Virus record (IMG/VR): IMGVR_UViG_3300009314_000003
Location: 83,989-147,988 of that record
Direction: 5' to 3' (one strand)
Length of the DNA: 64,000 bases
Source: a virus
Below the pieces are notes generated by a model that ran no database searches, was not told where the DNA came from, and saw only the letters and a program-made list of their open reading frames with translations. Both the position numbers and the translations under genes were made by a program. Of the stretch, positions 31,276 to 41,311 are shown one piece after another. The stretch's first letter is position 1; each line of letters opens with the position of its first letter.

Positions 31276-31632
31276 ATGTCAGTAAGTGATACAAGTTTCA
31301 TGGCTTTAGAATATAAGGTGGACACACTAACAAGAGAACTGCAGCAGCTTAAGACAGATCTCACAAACTATCAAACACAGTCTGCGGCCAGTGCAGAAGC
31401 ACATGACCTCTCAAGTAGGATTAACATTATAGCCGATGACCTAAGCAATATGGACGCGAAGCTGGCCCTTGTTAAATTACCCTCGGAGACACAGTACTAC
31501 CTCAAAGAAAATGATATACGTGGACTTAAGAGTGTAGTAGACCAAGCAAGAGCCCTAAAGGCTTATGTCGATAGCACCCTCAAGGGTATTTTAGCTGTGG
31601 TAACTAAGATGGAACAGGATAGGAACAGTTAG
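31276..31632 (+). CDS. coiled-coil hypothetical protein
   Basis: AAGGAG RBS; heptad pattern. Confidence 0.65.
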   Translation: MSVSDTSFMALEYKVDTLTRELQQLKTDLTNYQTQSAASAEAHDLSSRINIIADDLSNMDAKLALVKLPSETQYYLKENDIRGLKSVVDQARALKAYVDSTLKGILAVVTKMEQDRNS

Positions 31633-31633
31633 A

Positions 31634-32029
31634 ATGTCCGCGGTAAGATATGCAACAACTATTCCCTTCCCTCGTGCCACGGTAAGTATAACCAGACAGG
31701 GCACACTCATCCGGTACTTCCGGGCCTCCGATGAGGACGGACAAGTTGAATTCTATGACTATGAACTCCCTTATGGTTATAAGTGGGATGTGAAGTATCG
31801 CCCATCAGGACAGAGTTATTGGAACTTTCACGAGGCTGTAGAATTACTGGAAGGTTTTGATGAGGGAGGTGTTGATATAGCACCCCCAGATGGCTCCACA
31901 TATAGCACTACTTACACTGGTCTTGATGATGAAGGAGGTAATGGTATAGCACCCCCAGGTGGCCCCACATATAACATAACACCCCCAGATGGCTCCACAT
32001 ATAGCACTACTTACACTGGTCTTGACTAA
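31634..32029 (+). CDS. structural protein, N-terminal part of a possibly split FN3 protein
   Basis: Ends in duplicated PPDGSTYSTTYTGLD. Confidence 0.55.
   Translation: MSAVRYATTIPFPRATVSITRQGTLIRYFRASDEDGQVEFYDYELPYGYKWDVKYRPSGQSYWNFHEAVELLEGFDEGGVDIAPPDGSTYSTTYTGLDDEGGNGIAPPGGPTYNITPPDGSTYSTTYTGLD
31859..32025 (+). repeat. local tandem duplication
   Basis: Exact 46-bp copies at 31881-31926 and 31980-32025 with a diverged partial copy between them. Confidence 0.9.
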
Positions 32030-32031
32030 AT

Positions 32032-33336
32032 ATGTCACAAGAGGTTCACGAAAAGGCCTACAGTATTGCATGCACGGGAGCTGTCGACAATATCGGTGGA
32101 ACAAATGTAGACACATACAAGATATTCGCCGAGGAGATTATTGGTAATCCAGGCGATCCCGCCGTAGGAGATTTCAACTCTGCCTCCTTCATTGGGGAAA
32201 TAAATAACCTTCCCTACCTCCCTTGTTACTATAAATTTCCCACCCAACCCGATTATAATCAACTTAAGCTTAGGAATTCAAACGGAGAATCTATTTCCCC
32301 CGGCGAGGCTCCTGTCTACGGCCCTGACAATGTTTACATCTTCAAATGGCGCACCTGGGAACATGGTAAGTGGTATAGAGTATGGATCCTAGCCGTTGAC
32401 CAAACAGGGAATATGGAGAGCCTTAACGCCTCTGGTATTCCCAATAGCCTGGATAAAGCCCTCTTCACCACACCTATCCTGGAGGAAGATGAACTCATTT
32501 TCAATGCAGCTCCAATCCTATCTGTTCTAGAAGGTGTATCTGGGGAGGATGAGGCTGATGCTGATGTAAATAAAGCAGAAACTTCAACAGCAATCTTCAC
32601 CTTCGATAACCTAACTACGTTCCTGGGAAAGTTGTCTAAGATTGTCATCCATTATAAGAAGTCCGTGGATACTATCTATCACCCATTTTCTGAGTTTAAA
32701 TACCATACAGATATGGATGATGTAACCTCCTCCACAGCCACATACCGTAAATCATTCACAATAGAGGATAAGCCTACAAACTACGACTTCAGGGCTATAT
32801 TTCTTAATCCATATGATATTCCAGCCAAGGTTGGTGGGGATATTTTACAGGTAAACGATTCTTCAGTCACTTTCAATGGTGTACCAGACTTCTCTGAGTT
32901 TGCGGGAGTTACAAACCTTGAGGTGAGAATTGGTGATAACTGGAGTGAAGCAGGGGGCCATCTGCCAGGCCTCACAGCCTATTTACGATGGGATAATATG
33001 TACAATCATTCTGATATACAGGGCCATCCCCACGCAGATGGAATTGATAGAGATACCACACAAGCACAATGGGATTCTATTTCCCATTACATAATCTTCA
33101 TGTATAAGGCAGGGGCCGCAGGCCTTACTCCTGCTAATACATATCCTGATCCTGATGAGGTTAATGGAGAGTGGTTCGTAGTTGGTGAGATCCCAAGTCC
33201 ACACGACCTATCTATTGGTAGTATAGAATATCCTGTCAAGTGCCCAGCCGGCGCCTCATTGGCCTTCTGGGTAGGCGCCGCAACAAACACTACAAAAACT
33301 ACGACAGAACAAATTACAAGGGGTATAGTAGAATAA
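32032..33336 (+). CDS. FN3-like domain structural/tail protein
   Basis: AVDNIGG..DTYKIF ... YRVWILAVDQTGNMES is an FN3-type pattern. Confidence 0.6.
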   Translation: MSQEVHEKAYSIACTGAVDNIGGTNVDTYKIFAEEIIGNPGDPAVGDFNSASFIGEINNLPYLPCYYKFPTQPDYNQLKLRNSNGESISPGEAPVYGPDNVYIFKWRTWEHGKWYRVWILAVDQTGNMESLNASGIPNSLDKALFTTPILEEDELIFNAAPILSVLEGVSGEDEADADVNKAETSTAIFTFDNLTTFLGKLSKIVIHYKKSVDTIYHPFSEFKYHTDMDDVTSSTATYRKSFTIEDKPTNYDFRAIFLNPYDIPAKVGGDILQVNDSSVTFNGVPDFSEFAGVTNLEVRIGDNWSEAGGHLPGLTAYLRWDNMYNHSDIQGHPHADGIDRDTTQAQWDSISHYIIFMYKAGAAGLTPANTYPDPDEVNGEWFVVGEIPSPHDLSIGSIEYPVKCPAGASLAFWVGAATNTTKTTTEQITRGIVE

Positions 33337-33339
33337 ATT

Positions 33340-34311
33340 ATGCCTAGTGGTAATAACACCAGCTTCATAAGTAATATAACCACCGACACGGGTCTATTTA
33401 AGGATGACCGGGTTGTTAAATTGATTGATACATCTTCCGGAGTAATAAAGCCTGACCTGGGAGATGGGGATGATAAAGCTCTTACAGACACACTTCTAAA
33501 CGCCAGAAGCACGTCAAACAATATAGCAGGGGCGAGTATTGAGGGGTTCCTTGTTACCTTCGACAACGAGACATACGCCGCCAGAACAGGCTCGAATATA
33601 GGTAATGATACCAGGCCCATCGAAGGACAAGACATACGTAGCAGGATCCCCGCAGAAGGTATCCGTATAGGCAACGTAGGTCGGTTAGAAGATTTAGTAG
33701 AACACGATGGCACATACGCCAAAGTTAAAAATACGGCCAGGATAGGTAATACCCCCGTCACCTCGGTTGAGGTGGGTACCGACCGTTCAACTACCCACCT
33801 AAACACAGACGGGCTTAACCCAGAAAGCGCCATCGGGCGAGCGGTGATGCAAACAGTTATCTGGTCTGACAACTCAGTCGCCCGTACGAGTGGAGTTGAG
33901 GCATCCGCAAATAGTGCAATAGAGGAAGGCAGTTCATCCTGGAAGGTAAAGGCCGTAATCCCGTACACATATGACCCAGAGGATAAGGCTCTGGCTCTGA
34001 CCTCTCAAATGGGATCGGACAATCTTGACTGGGGTGGATATATGCGCTTATCAATACATGAAATGAACTCAGATGGTACATTAGGAAATAATAAAGGGGA
34101 TTCGCCGTACGCAACCGGTGGTGGCACTAATTACTCTGAGAAAAACACCGTCCTCAATCTTACCGGCCTCGGTCTGGTAGAAGGTACTATGTACTATCTA
34201 ACGATAAAGGCTATGAGTTACGCGGGTAAAATCCTCCTCTTAAACCCAGTTATAAAGACATCGGGCATAACTGATTATTGGCAACCTGCAGACCAAAATT
34301 CCTCCTCATAA
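33340..34311 (+). CDS. putative tail fibre-associated protein
   Basis: 323-aa ORF in the coupled operon; beta-rich C-terminus. Confidence 0.5.
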   Translation: MPSGNNTSFISNITTDTGLFKDDRVVKLIDTSSGVIKPDLGDGDDKALTDTLLNARSTSNNIAGASIEGFLVTFDNETYAARTGSNIGNDTRPIEGQDIRSRIPAEGIRIGNVGRLEDLVEHDGTYAKVKNTARIGNTPVTSVEVGTDRSTTHLNTDGLNPESAIGRAVMQTVIWSDNSVARTSGVEASANSAIEEGSSSWKVKAVIPYTYDPEDKALALTSQMGSDNLDWGGYMRLSIHEMNSDGTLGNNKGDSPYATGGGTNYSEKNTVLNLTGLGLVEGTMYYLTIKAMSYAGKILLLNPVIKTSGITDYWQPADQNSSS

Positions 34312-35108
34312 TGCCTTTCACTAGACACAGTAAAAGACCTAATAACACGAATGGAGAAGTGTCCTCCTATCACTCCCAACTGTTTCGACGCGGAATTGGA
34401 GGCCACTCTGCAGGACAAATAAATCAAGCCGGAAAGAATTACTATAACCCACAGGACAATAGTCTGGTTGGGTGTTGGTTGTTTGACGGCGGTGTTGGTA
34501 CAATAGTAAATGATGAAAGTCTGTACAATAGTACTGCATACCCAGGGACAATAGGGAATTGGGTTAATGATGGTATGCAGTTTGATGCTAGTCAAGAGCA
34601 ATACCTATCCGTTCTCCCAGACAGCCACCTGGATCAGGACAGCTCCCTATCAATACTCAGCTGGATAAAGCTGGATACAATTACAACATCTATGTGCGTT
34701 CTATGTAAGAGTTCACAAAACAACACCTCCGTGGACTATTACCTGGAGGTAACAACAACTGGCAAGTTAATTATGGGTTGTTATGATGGTGTATGGCATC
34801 CAACGGAGGGAGCAACTTCACTCACAACGGACCGGTGGTACTTAGTTGGTGGTACCTTCGATGGTTCTATTTTTAGGATTTACCTTGATGGGGTTATGGA
34901 TAATAATACCACAGAAAGTGTTTCTAAACTACCAATGGGCGGAACGTTGGAGTTTGGCCGGTTTAATAATGGTATACCGGGCAACTATTTTAATGGTACA
35001 ATACACAGTATCTTCATCTGTGCACGTAATCTTTCAGCTCAAGAAATCGAGAATATATATGACGCAGGGCCTTACTACTCTACAGAGACTCTCTCCTATG
35101 AGTTATAA
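34311..35108 (+). CDS. LamG/concanavalin-A-like domain protein
   Basis: LVGCWLFD, LSILSWIK, WYLVGGTFDGSIFRIYLDG, YFNGTI...LSAQEI; TAATG-coupled start at 34311. Confidence 0.85.
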   Translation: MPFTRHSKRPNNTNGEVSSYHSQLFRRGIGGHSAGQINQAGKNYYNPQDNSLVGCWLFDGGVGTIVNDESLYNSTAYPGTIGNWVNDGMQFDASQEQYLSVLPDSHLDQDSSLSILSWIKLDTITTSMCVLCKSSQNNTSVDYYLEVTTTGKLIMGCYDGVWHPTEGATSLTTDRWYLVGGTFDGSIFRIYLDGVMDNNTTESVSKLPMGGTLEFGRFNNGIPGNYFNGTIHSIFICARNLSAQEIENIYDAGPYYSTETLSYEL

Positions 35109-35146
35109 CACAGAAGACAGGAAAACTAGGAGATAGAAAGTACATA

Positions 35147-36817
35147 ATGCCATATTCAAAGGCAAAAGGAAGTATCATAGTCAAACCCTCCTTCATCAGA
35201 GATGCGCCGCGTATTAAGGTTGGGGCATCACCCATTATCACACTACAAGATACTGAAACAGGAGATCAATGCATGTTAGGTTATAATCCCCCCTGCATAG
35301 TCCCCGGCTGCATTGGATTATGGGATTTTAGTGATGCCAGCAGTGCGGGTTTGTATGATAAGAGCAGAGCAGGTAATAATCTCTTGCTCTATAACACATG
35401 GACCCCAGAACAATATAAGGACTCAATATTTGGTGCTTCTTACACCTTTAATAGCAATAATTACACAGGCATAGTTGATAACTTCTCTGTAGGAGGTGCC
35501 TTTACTATCGAGGTCCTTCTAAGAATTATAACCGATGGCTCAGATAAGTGGATCATTGATTTTGATCAGGGTGGACAGTATGGCTGCTATCTAATGCAGG
35601 TCGGAGGTAATGATTTTCGATTTAGTGCCTACGGAACGGAAATTAGTTCGGGTTTTATAGTTGGAGATCAAATAGATAAGTGGGTACACCTGGCTGGTAC
35701 TTATGATGGTACATCACTGTATCTATATATCAACGGAAAGAAATGGAATAGTGGAACTGCATCTTCTCAAGACCTAGTAAATAAAACCCTAACAATAGCC
35801 GCAAGGAATGATGGGTCTTCCCCAGCAGACTATGAAATAGCAGCAGTACGTATATGCCTTAGGGCTCTAAGACCCTACGAATTTATACATCATTGGTATT
35901 TTAACTCGATAGTTGGTGGGTATATAAGTTCAAATGGCGCAGTGTTATTCAATGATCAGATATCAACCTTCAGAAGCGGAAAGGTGTTTACCGTACAAGC
36001 TGATTGGAATAGCGAAAACAGTTTTAAATCAAGTAATATAATAGTTAACGGCATCAGAGGTATCCCTGATGAGGGTTTTGTACAAAGTCAAAAGGATTTC
36101 TCCAAACTTGTAGTTGGCGGAACACCATACAGTAACAGCAAGACAGTGGGTATGTGGGTTTTCGATGGTAGTCTTACTTCCGAGGGAAAAGTAGTTGATT
36201 GGTCCGCAAATAGTAACCCCGCCGACCTTATCGGATTAACTGAAGAGGACCTGGTAAATACTTACTACGGAAGGTATTATGAAACAGACACCTCCAAGTA
36301 TGTAAGTATTCCTAACAATAATATGTCCCTTGACTTCCTATCAGGGGATGCAACAATAGACATACTGGTATCAATACCGGACACATCTCTGGATACTGTA
36401 TTACTATCTAGATTTGAGGATGAAAATAACTTTCTCATTCTCAAATACAATTCCACAGCCGAGGAATTAGAAGCATCCATCAAACTTGGCGGGGCCTATA
36501 TACACCAAGCCATCGCTGGTTGGTCTCCTATTCAGGAGAATTGGTATCACATTGCGTGGGCCATTGAAAATGGGTTAGCTAATCACTTATTCGTTGATGG
36601 GGTTGAAGCAGCACTAACAACCGATATACACACCGGGGGAAATATATTAATCTCTGCTCCAATTGAGATAGCCAAGTATGATACTTCATTTAGCGGACTG
36701 AGAATGGCATTCCTTAGAGTCTCTTCCTGTGTCATGACCTCTGACGAAGCTTCTGTACATGGCCAGTGTTTGTTCAAGGGTGACATATCCGTGCAGGACT
36801 TACTACTACCGAGTTAA
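35147..36817 (+). CDS. tandem LamG domain protein
   Basis: Two LamG units: WVHLAGTYDGTSLYLYING and WYHIAWAI...LFVDG. Confidence 0.85.
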   Translation: MPYSKAKGSIIVKPSFIRDAPRIKVGASPIITLQDTETGDQCMLGYNPPCIVPGCIGLWDFSDASSAGLYDKSRAGNNLLLYNTWTPEQYKDSIFGASYTFNSNNYTGIVDNFSVGGAFTIEVLLRIITDGSDKWIIDFDQGGQYGCYLMQVGGNDFRFSAYGTEISSGFIVGDQIDKWVHLAGTYDGTSLYLYINGKKWNSGTASSQDLVNKTLTIAARNDGSSPADYEIAAVRICLRALRPYEFIHHWYFNSIVGGYISSNGAVLFNDQISTFRSGKVFTVQADWNSENSFKSSNIIVNGIRGIPDEGFVQSQKDFSKLVVGGTPYSNSKTVGMWVFDGSLTSEGKVVDWSANSNPADLIGLTEEDLVNTYYGRYYETDTSKYVSIPNNNMSLDFLSGDATIDILVSIPDTSLDTVLLSRFEDENNFLILKYNSTAEELEASIKLGGAYIHQAIAGWSPIQENWYHIAWAIENGLANHLFVDGVEAALTTDIHTGGNILISAPIEIAKYDTSFSGLRMAFLRVSSCVMTSDEASVHGQCLFKGDISVQDLLLPS

Positions 36818-36827
36818 ATATATCTAT

Positions 36828-37586
36828 ATGGGCAAAATACTCACACGTAACCAGATAGCAACAATTACCCGGGCTGAGAAACCACTTAGTATGTTGGGGA
36901 CGGCGGACTACTTCGCTCCTACCCAACACCTTGGGTACCACCCGGAAGAGTTCTCGGTGGAGGCTGGTACTTTACTATGTATGAATTTCACACAGGAAAG
37001 TAGTGATGGGGGAACAACACTGTATGATCTATCAACAGGTAACCATCACGGGACAATAACTGGAGCTACATGGTCAACAAATTCTGTGTGGCGTGAGAGT
37101 TTAGAATTTAATGGAGTTGATAACTACATTGATCTAGGTAGTTATGAAAATATGCAGAGTGCTGCGCTCAATATAACCCTCGAGGCCTGGGTAAAGATTA
37201 ACCTAATCCAGACGGGGGGAGTAATTACTTTTATAGATACCAGCTTGATACCAACCTTCTCGCTCTCCATCTTAGTTTCGGGGTCAACTACCTACCCAAG
37301 TTTTGAAATTAATAATACGACTACATACAGCGACACCTACGATATAAACGATGGTAACTGGCATTATCTCGCTGCTACTTACAATGGTACCGCTATAGCA
37401 CTCTATGATCAAGGGGAGAGGATTAGCTCAACCAATCTACACGGGGCCATAAATTACAATGGCGATGAAAATATGTATATAGGTAAGACAGGTACGGACA
37501 TATTTGGTGGAAACATCGCGGGGGTTCGCATAACCAGAAGATATAAGCCGACGCTCGCCTTACATAAGTACTACCATGGAGGATAA
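36828..37586 (+). CDS. LamG domain protein
   Basis: HGTITGATW, LEFNGVDNYIDLG, ITLEAWVK, DGNWHYLAATYNG. Confidence 0.85.
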   Translation: MGKILTRNQIATITRAEKPLSMLGTADYFAPTQHLGYHPEEFSVEAGTLLCMNFTQESSDGGTTLYDLSTGNHHGTITGATWSTNSVWRESLEFNGVDNYIDLGSYENMQSAALNITLEAWVKINLIQTGGVITFIDTSLIPTFSLSILVSGSTTYPSFEINNTTTYSDTYDINDGNWHYLAATYNGTAIALYDQGERISSTNLHGAINYNGDENMYIGKTGTDIFGGNIAGVRITRRYKPTLALHKYYHGG

Positions 37587-38908
37587 TGGCCATGCCTGAA
37601 CAATGTATGTGTTACATACCCTTTGATAACAGTAATGCTGGCGGGCGGGTAGTATCAGAATGGTATAACCAGAATCTACCCATAGAAGGAAAACCACCCC
37701 TACTGAGAGGTAAGCCCTGGGCCCATTCAGGTAGACATGGAATGATGCTGGCGGAGGCTACCACTAACCTGAAGAGCCTTGGTGATTTCTCAGATGGTTC
37801 CCTTGGCAGCTTAACGGCCGGGGGAAATAATTCATTGGAAATAGCCACAGAGTTAGCTCTCTTTGGAAATTACTCCGCCAAGGTAGAGTACCAAAACTCC
37901 AACGAATTATGCACCGATAGTCTAACCCTATCAGGCAATATTACTTACCACGTTAGTTGCTATATTTGGGTTCCCCCCACCTGGGACTCCAATGATACAA
38001 TTCGCATTGAGCCAGATACATCCGCATTTAATGGATATTACTCGGTCAAGAGTAATTGGGCCGGAAACGCTCCAGAGATGTATGGAACCTGGCACAGACT
38101 TGTAACAGAGGTAACAACTCAAGATTTAGTCGGTAGCCCTGTAGCTGCCTACTTCAAACTTCAAACATATTCAGGGCCTACGCCGGGTAGGTTTCTTTAT
38201 TTAGATGGAATACAACTTGAAGAGAAAGCATATGCCACACCCTTTGATGTTACTAACAAGGATGGAATCACACCTAGAAAGACGCAACATCTTCGTATTC
38301 CAACTGCTGGAAACTTTCCCGGGCCTGGAGGAGGTTCAATATCAATCAACCTCCGGCCCTGTTGGAATAATAATACAACCGGTAAAGACAGAGTTCTATT
38401 TTCCATGGAGGATTCCCTTACGGATAGCTGGCTTATATTTTACGATAACATGAACGAACAATTTGTCTTTAGGATGCAGAGTGGAGACAACTTTACAGAT
38501 ATAAGAAGCCCAACGCAAACCATTTCCACGGGGGAACTTGTTACACTCATTACCACGTGGAATGGTACGGAGGGACAATTGTATGTCAATGGACTAGAAG
38601 CTAAAACTGATAGTAGAATACAATGCAGCATAAGAACACCGAGTACCATAGTACTTGGAGATCGTCAGGCAGAACTTGGTAGTTGGACGGCTAATGCCTC
38701 CTTCAATGAGGTGGGTATATTTAACTTCCCCCTCACGCATAGACAGGTGTTAGACATCAACCATATAGCAGAGGCCGGTTACTTGCTTAGCAACCATGGC
38801 AATATCGCGAGGGACCCCAAGTACCACCCTACAATCACTGATCCGGAGAGTGGAATGATTTTCATAGGCACGGACTACAACATTAATGGTACTAATGTGG
38901 CCTACTAG
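37586..38908 (+). CDS. carbohydrate-binding-like plus LamG domain fibre protein
   Basis: EATTNL...YLDGIQLEEKAYATPF (common phage fibre/CBM segment) followed by LamG (TTWNGTEGQLYVNG). Confidence 0.8.
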   Translation: MAMPEQCMCYIPFDNSNAGGRVVSEWYNQNLPIEGKPPLLRGKPWAHSGRHGMMLAEATTNLKSLGDFSDGSLGSLTAGGNNSLEIATELALFGNYSAKVEYQNSNELCTDSLTLSGNITYHVSCYIWVPPTWDSNDTIRIEPDTSAFNGYYSVKSNWAGNAPEMYGTWHRLVTEVTTQDLVGSPVAAYFKLQTYSGPTPGRFLYLDGIQLEEKAYATPFDVTNKDGITPRKTQHLRIPTAGNFPGPGGGSISINLRPCWNNNTTGKDRVLFSMEDSLTDSWLIFYDNMNEQFVFRMQSGDNFTDIRSPTQTISTGELVTLITTWNGTEGQLYVNGLEAKTDSRIQCSIRTPSTIVLGDRQAELGSWTANASFNEVGIFNFPLTHRQVLDINHIAEAGYLLSNHGNIARDPKYHPTITDPESGMIFIGTDYNINGTNVAY

Positions 38909-39037
38909 CGGCAGTGCAGGGCCATACACGTTTCTCGGTATATACCATTGACATATCTATAGTAGAGAAACAATTTTAACACAACTTCCTCGAGGAGATT
39001 GTTGTTAAACTCATACAAAATAGGATAACTAATAATA

Positions 39038-39706
39038 ATGCCAGATGTAAACACAGTAACTATTTACGGCGGGGCGCTGGCGGGCACCGTGATCGGCGAG
39101 GCAACATATAATGCTGCAGCACAAACCTGGACCTATAGTGCCTCGGGTCTCAGTGGTTTTAACATGCTTAAGGCAGTATCCGAGGATTTAGCCGGTAACA
39201 TAGCCGCTAGTAGTGTAATCAAAGCATATTTCGGGGCTACACAGATACCAAGTGCGGATCTAATTGATGATAGTGGAGCAAGTGATACTGATAACATCAC
39301 TAATGACAATAGCCCCCGGATCAACTTTGCTCTTGATCTATCCTCCTGTGTAACTGCTATGGGTGTAAATATGTCTGCTTCCTCTATAACAACAGTATAC
39401 CTGGAACGAAAACCTAATAGCGATGCCGATTGGGCTGACGCAGTAGAAATGTCTACCGACGCACCAACTATAACTGTGGCAACCGGAGCTGTTTCACACG
39501 ACTTCACCCAGGCAACTCTTGCTGATGATGATTATGACGTTCGGCTCCGATGGAAAGATGCATTGGGTACTTACTCAAGTTATAGTGACATACTTACCTT
39601 CAGAGTAGATACCTCAGTCCCCGCACCAACTATAACCACACCGGGATGGGGTGATGGGGTGATATATATTGGTAGTACCATCAATATGGCAGGTACCGCT
39701 ACTTAA
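39038..39706 (+). CDS. bacterial Ig-like domain protein
   Basis: DLAGN and DSGASDTDNITNDNSP motifs typical of Big-type Ig-like repeats. Confidence 0.7.
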   Translation: MPDVNTVTIYGGALAGTVIGEATYNAAAQTWTYSASGLSGFNMLKAVSEDLAGNIAASSVIKAYFGATQIPSADLIDDSGASDTDNITNDNSPRINFALDLSSCVTAMGVNMSASSITTVYLERKPNSDADWADAVEMSTDAPTITVATGAVSHDFTQATLADDDYDVRLRWKDALGTYSSYSDILTFRVDTSVPAPTITTPGWGDGVIYIGSTINMAGTAT

Positions 39707-39742
39707 ATAGTAATAACACACACACATGCATAGGTAGTATAT

Positions 39743-39768
39743 GAGGGTCCGGATAACCCTGGGCCCTC
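39743..39768 (+). other. GC-rich hairpin in intergenic spacer
   Basis: GAGGGTCCGG/CTGGGCCCTC 10-bp stem with two G-U pairs on the + strand; no U-tract. Confidence 0.4.
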
Positions 39769-39817
39769 TCTACCTTGATTTAAATAACATAATAACAATG
39801 GAGGAGAGACACCAATT

Positions 39818-40174
39818 ATGAAACTTAGTGAACTAATTAATTCAGCAGACGCCCTTGGACGTCTCATGGAACAACCCATAAAAGCCAAGGGTTCCTTTAG
39901 ACTTGCCAAGGCAGTAAAACAGGTACAGCCGCTAGTTGCGTCGTATGAAGAGACACGATACAGGCTTATAAAGAAGTATGGAGAAAAGGGCGAAGAGGGT
40001 GAATACTCCGTAGAGCCCGGCTCTAAGAACTGGGACAAGTTTGTGACTGAGCTAGATAAGCTCTTGAATGAGGATGTAGAGGTCAAGCTCAACAAAGTTA
40101 CATTATCGAGTATAGTTCAGGCTGAATTAACCGCGGCTGACGCAATGCAATTAAGGTGGTTGGTAAAGGAATAA
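39818..40174 (+). CDS. small helical phage protein (possible fibre assembly chaperone)
   Basis: GGAGG RBS; LIKKYGEK...LDKLLNEDVEV pattern common in tail-region small proteins. Confidence 0.6.
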   Translation: MKLSELINSADALGRLMEQPIKAKGSFRLAKAVKQVQPLVASYEETRYRLIKKYGEKGEEGEYSVEPGSKNWDKFVTELDKLLNEDVEVKLNKVTLSSIVQAELTAADAMQLRWLVKE

Positions 40175-40177
40175 GTT

Positions 40178-40483
40178 ATGCCAATGGATACCACAGAGGT
40201 TAAGCTATATAATCAGATTGGAGGATCGCCCGACCCAAATACTGATACCTACCTGGGTAATGATGTTACCTTTGATCAGTCCGGCGGATGGGAAATAAAT
40301 GTGACCTCTCTTGGAGAGGGGCGATATACAATATATGCTGAGTCACAAGATATGGCAGGGAATAAAGCTTTATCCGATGCTTGTGCTATTAACAAAGTAC
40401 CTGATCCTATGAAAGTTTCCGGACTTGTGTCGTGGACAGTAGGTGAGTTTGACGGGGTTCAGATTGGAAGCTTTTTCTCTTAA
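40178..40483 (+). CDS. single Ig-like domain protein
   Basis: LGEGRYTIYAESQDMAGN motif. Confidence 0.6.
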   Translation: MPMDTTEVKLYNQIGGSPDPNTDTYLGNDVTFDQSGGWEINVTSLGEGRYTIYAESQDMAGNKALSDACAINKVPDPMKVSGLVSWTVGEFDGVQIGSFFS

Positions 40484-40521
40484 CAGCTAGAACAACATAA
40501 AAAGGAGAATATATATAACTG

Positions 40522-41175
40522 ATGGCTATTACATCTATAAACCTTGGAACCGCGGGGACACAATCGGGTGACACTATTCGCGCCGCTTTTGGTATATGTA
40601 ATTCTAACTTCTCAGATTTAGACACTGGGAAGATGTCAACATCTCACGCTGCTAACTCCATCACAGGTTTTGGCACAAGTGGAGCTGCTACAACTGTAGC
40701 AAGGTCTGACCACGCTCATAGTGGTTCAGATATATCATCTGGGACAATATCTGCAGACAGATTGAATGATGAGGCAAAGGGCTGGCATGGTTATGCTAAG
40801 ATTATGATTAAGCCTGCAGACTTCATTCCTAATGATGACGACGTTAATGCCAATGTCGCCATGGTAGATAACGGTGCAAAGATAAAAGTGACTAATGCCG
40901 CGCTTGAAGCTTATGCACAGTATACTATTCCAAAGGGCTACAAAGCAACAGAGATTATGTTGTACGGAAACACTGCTAACGCAGTAGATGTGGCAACCAG
41001 CGGCATAGACAGCTCAACCATAACACTTGTTTCGCCCGCCGAGTCAGTAGTAGGTACAGCTATCAATATTACAGATGTCACTGGTACTGATGCAGGATAT
41101 TTGATTGTTAAGTGGTCACCAACAGCAACAACCCACTATCTCTATGGTGGTTATATACAGTTGGTAGCCGTGTAG
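40522..41175 (+). CDS. short fibre/decoration-like protein
   Basis: INLGT...GDTIRAAF..CNSNF N-terminal fibre motif; GTSGAATTVARSDHAH fibre repeat; AAAGGAG RBS. Confidence 0.65.
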   Translation: MAITSINLGTAGTQSGDTIRAAFGICNSNFSDLDTGKMSTSHAANSITGFGTSGAATTVARSDHAHSGSDISSGTISADRLNDEAKGWHGYAKIMIKPADFIPNDDDVNANVAMVDNGAKIKVTNAALEAYAQYTIPKGYKATEIMLYGNTANAVDVATSGIDSSTITLVSPAESVVGTAINITDVTGTDAGYLIVKWSPTATTHYLYGGYIQLVAV

Positions 41176-41311
41176 TTATTACATAACAATTCCTACCCAT
41201 TACCCTTTCTCTCCTCACTTATAACCTACTCCAAACCTAGCTGATTAGCTAAGCCTACTTCTTATATGACATAACTAAAATAAGACAGGAAAAGGAGAAT
41301 ACTATATACAT

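Noticed and set aside
33087-33968. 293-aa antisense ORF and the many other short antisense or nested ORFs
   Set aside because: They are shadows of well-coupled sense genes, with no RBS or recognisable motifs.
38948-38976. Canonical sigma70 promoter at TTGACA
   Set aside because: No acceptable -10 hexamer at 16-18 bp spacing; kept only as part of the TGACATAWYTA motif.
763-41175. Extracellular contractile injection system or tailocin
   Set aside because: Linked replication and nucleotide genes (nrdJ, dnaX, recD2), tRNA and many small phage-type ORFs fit a phage genome better.
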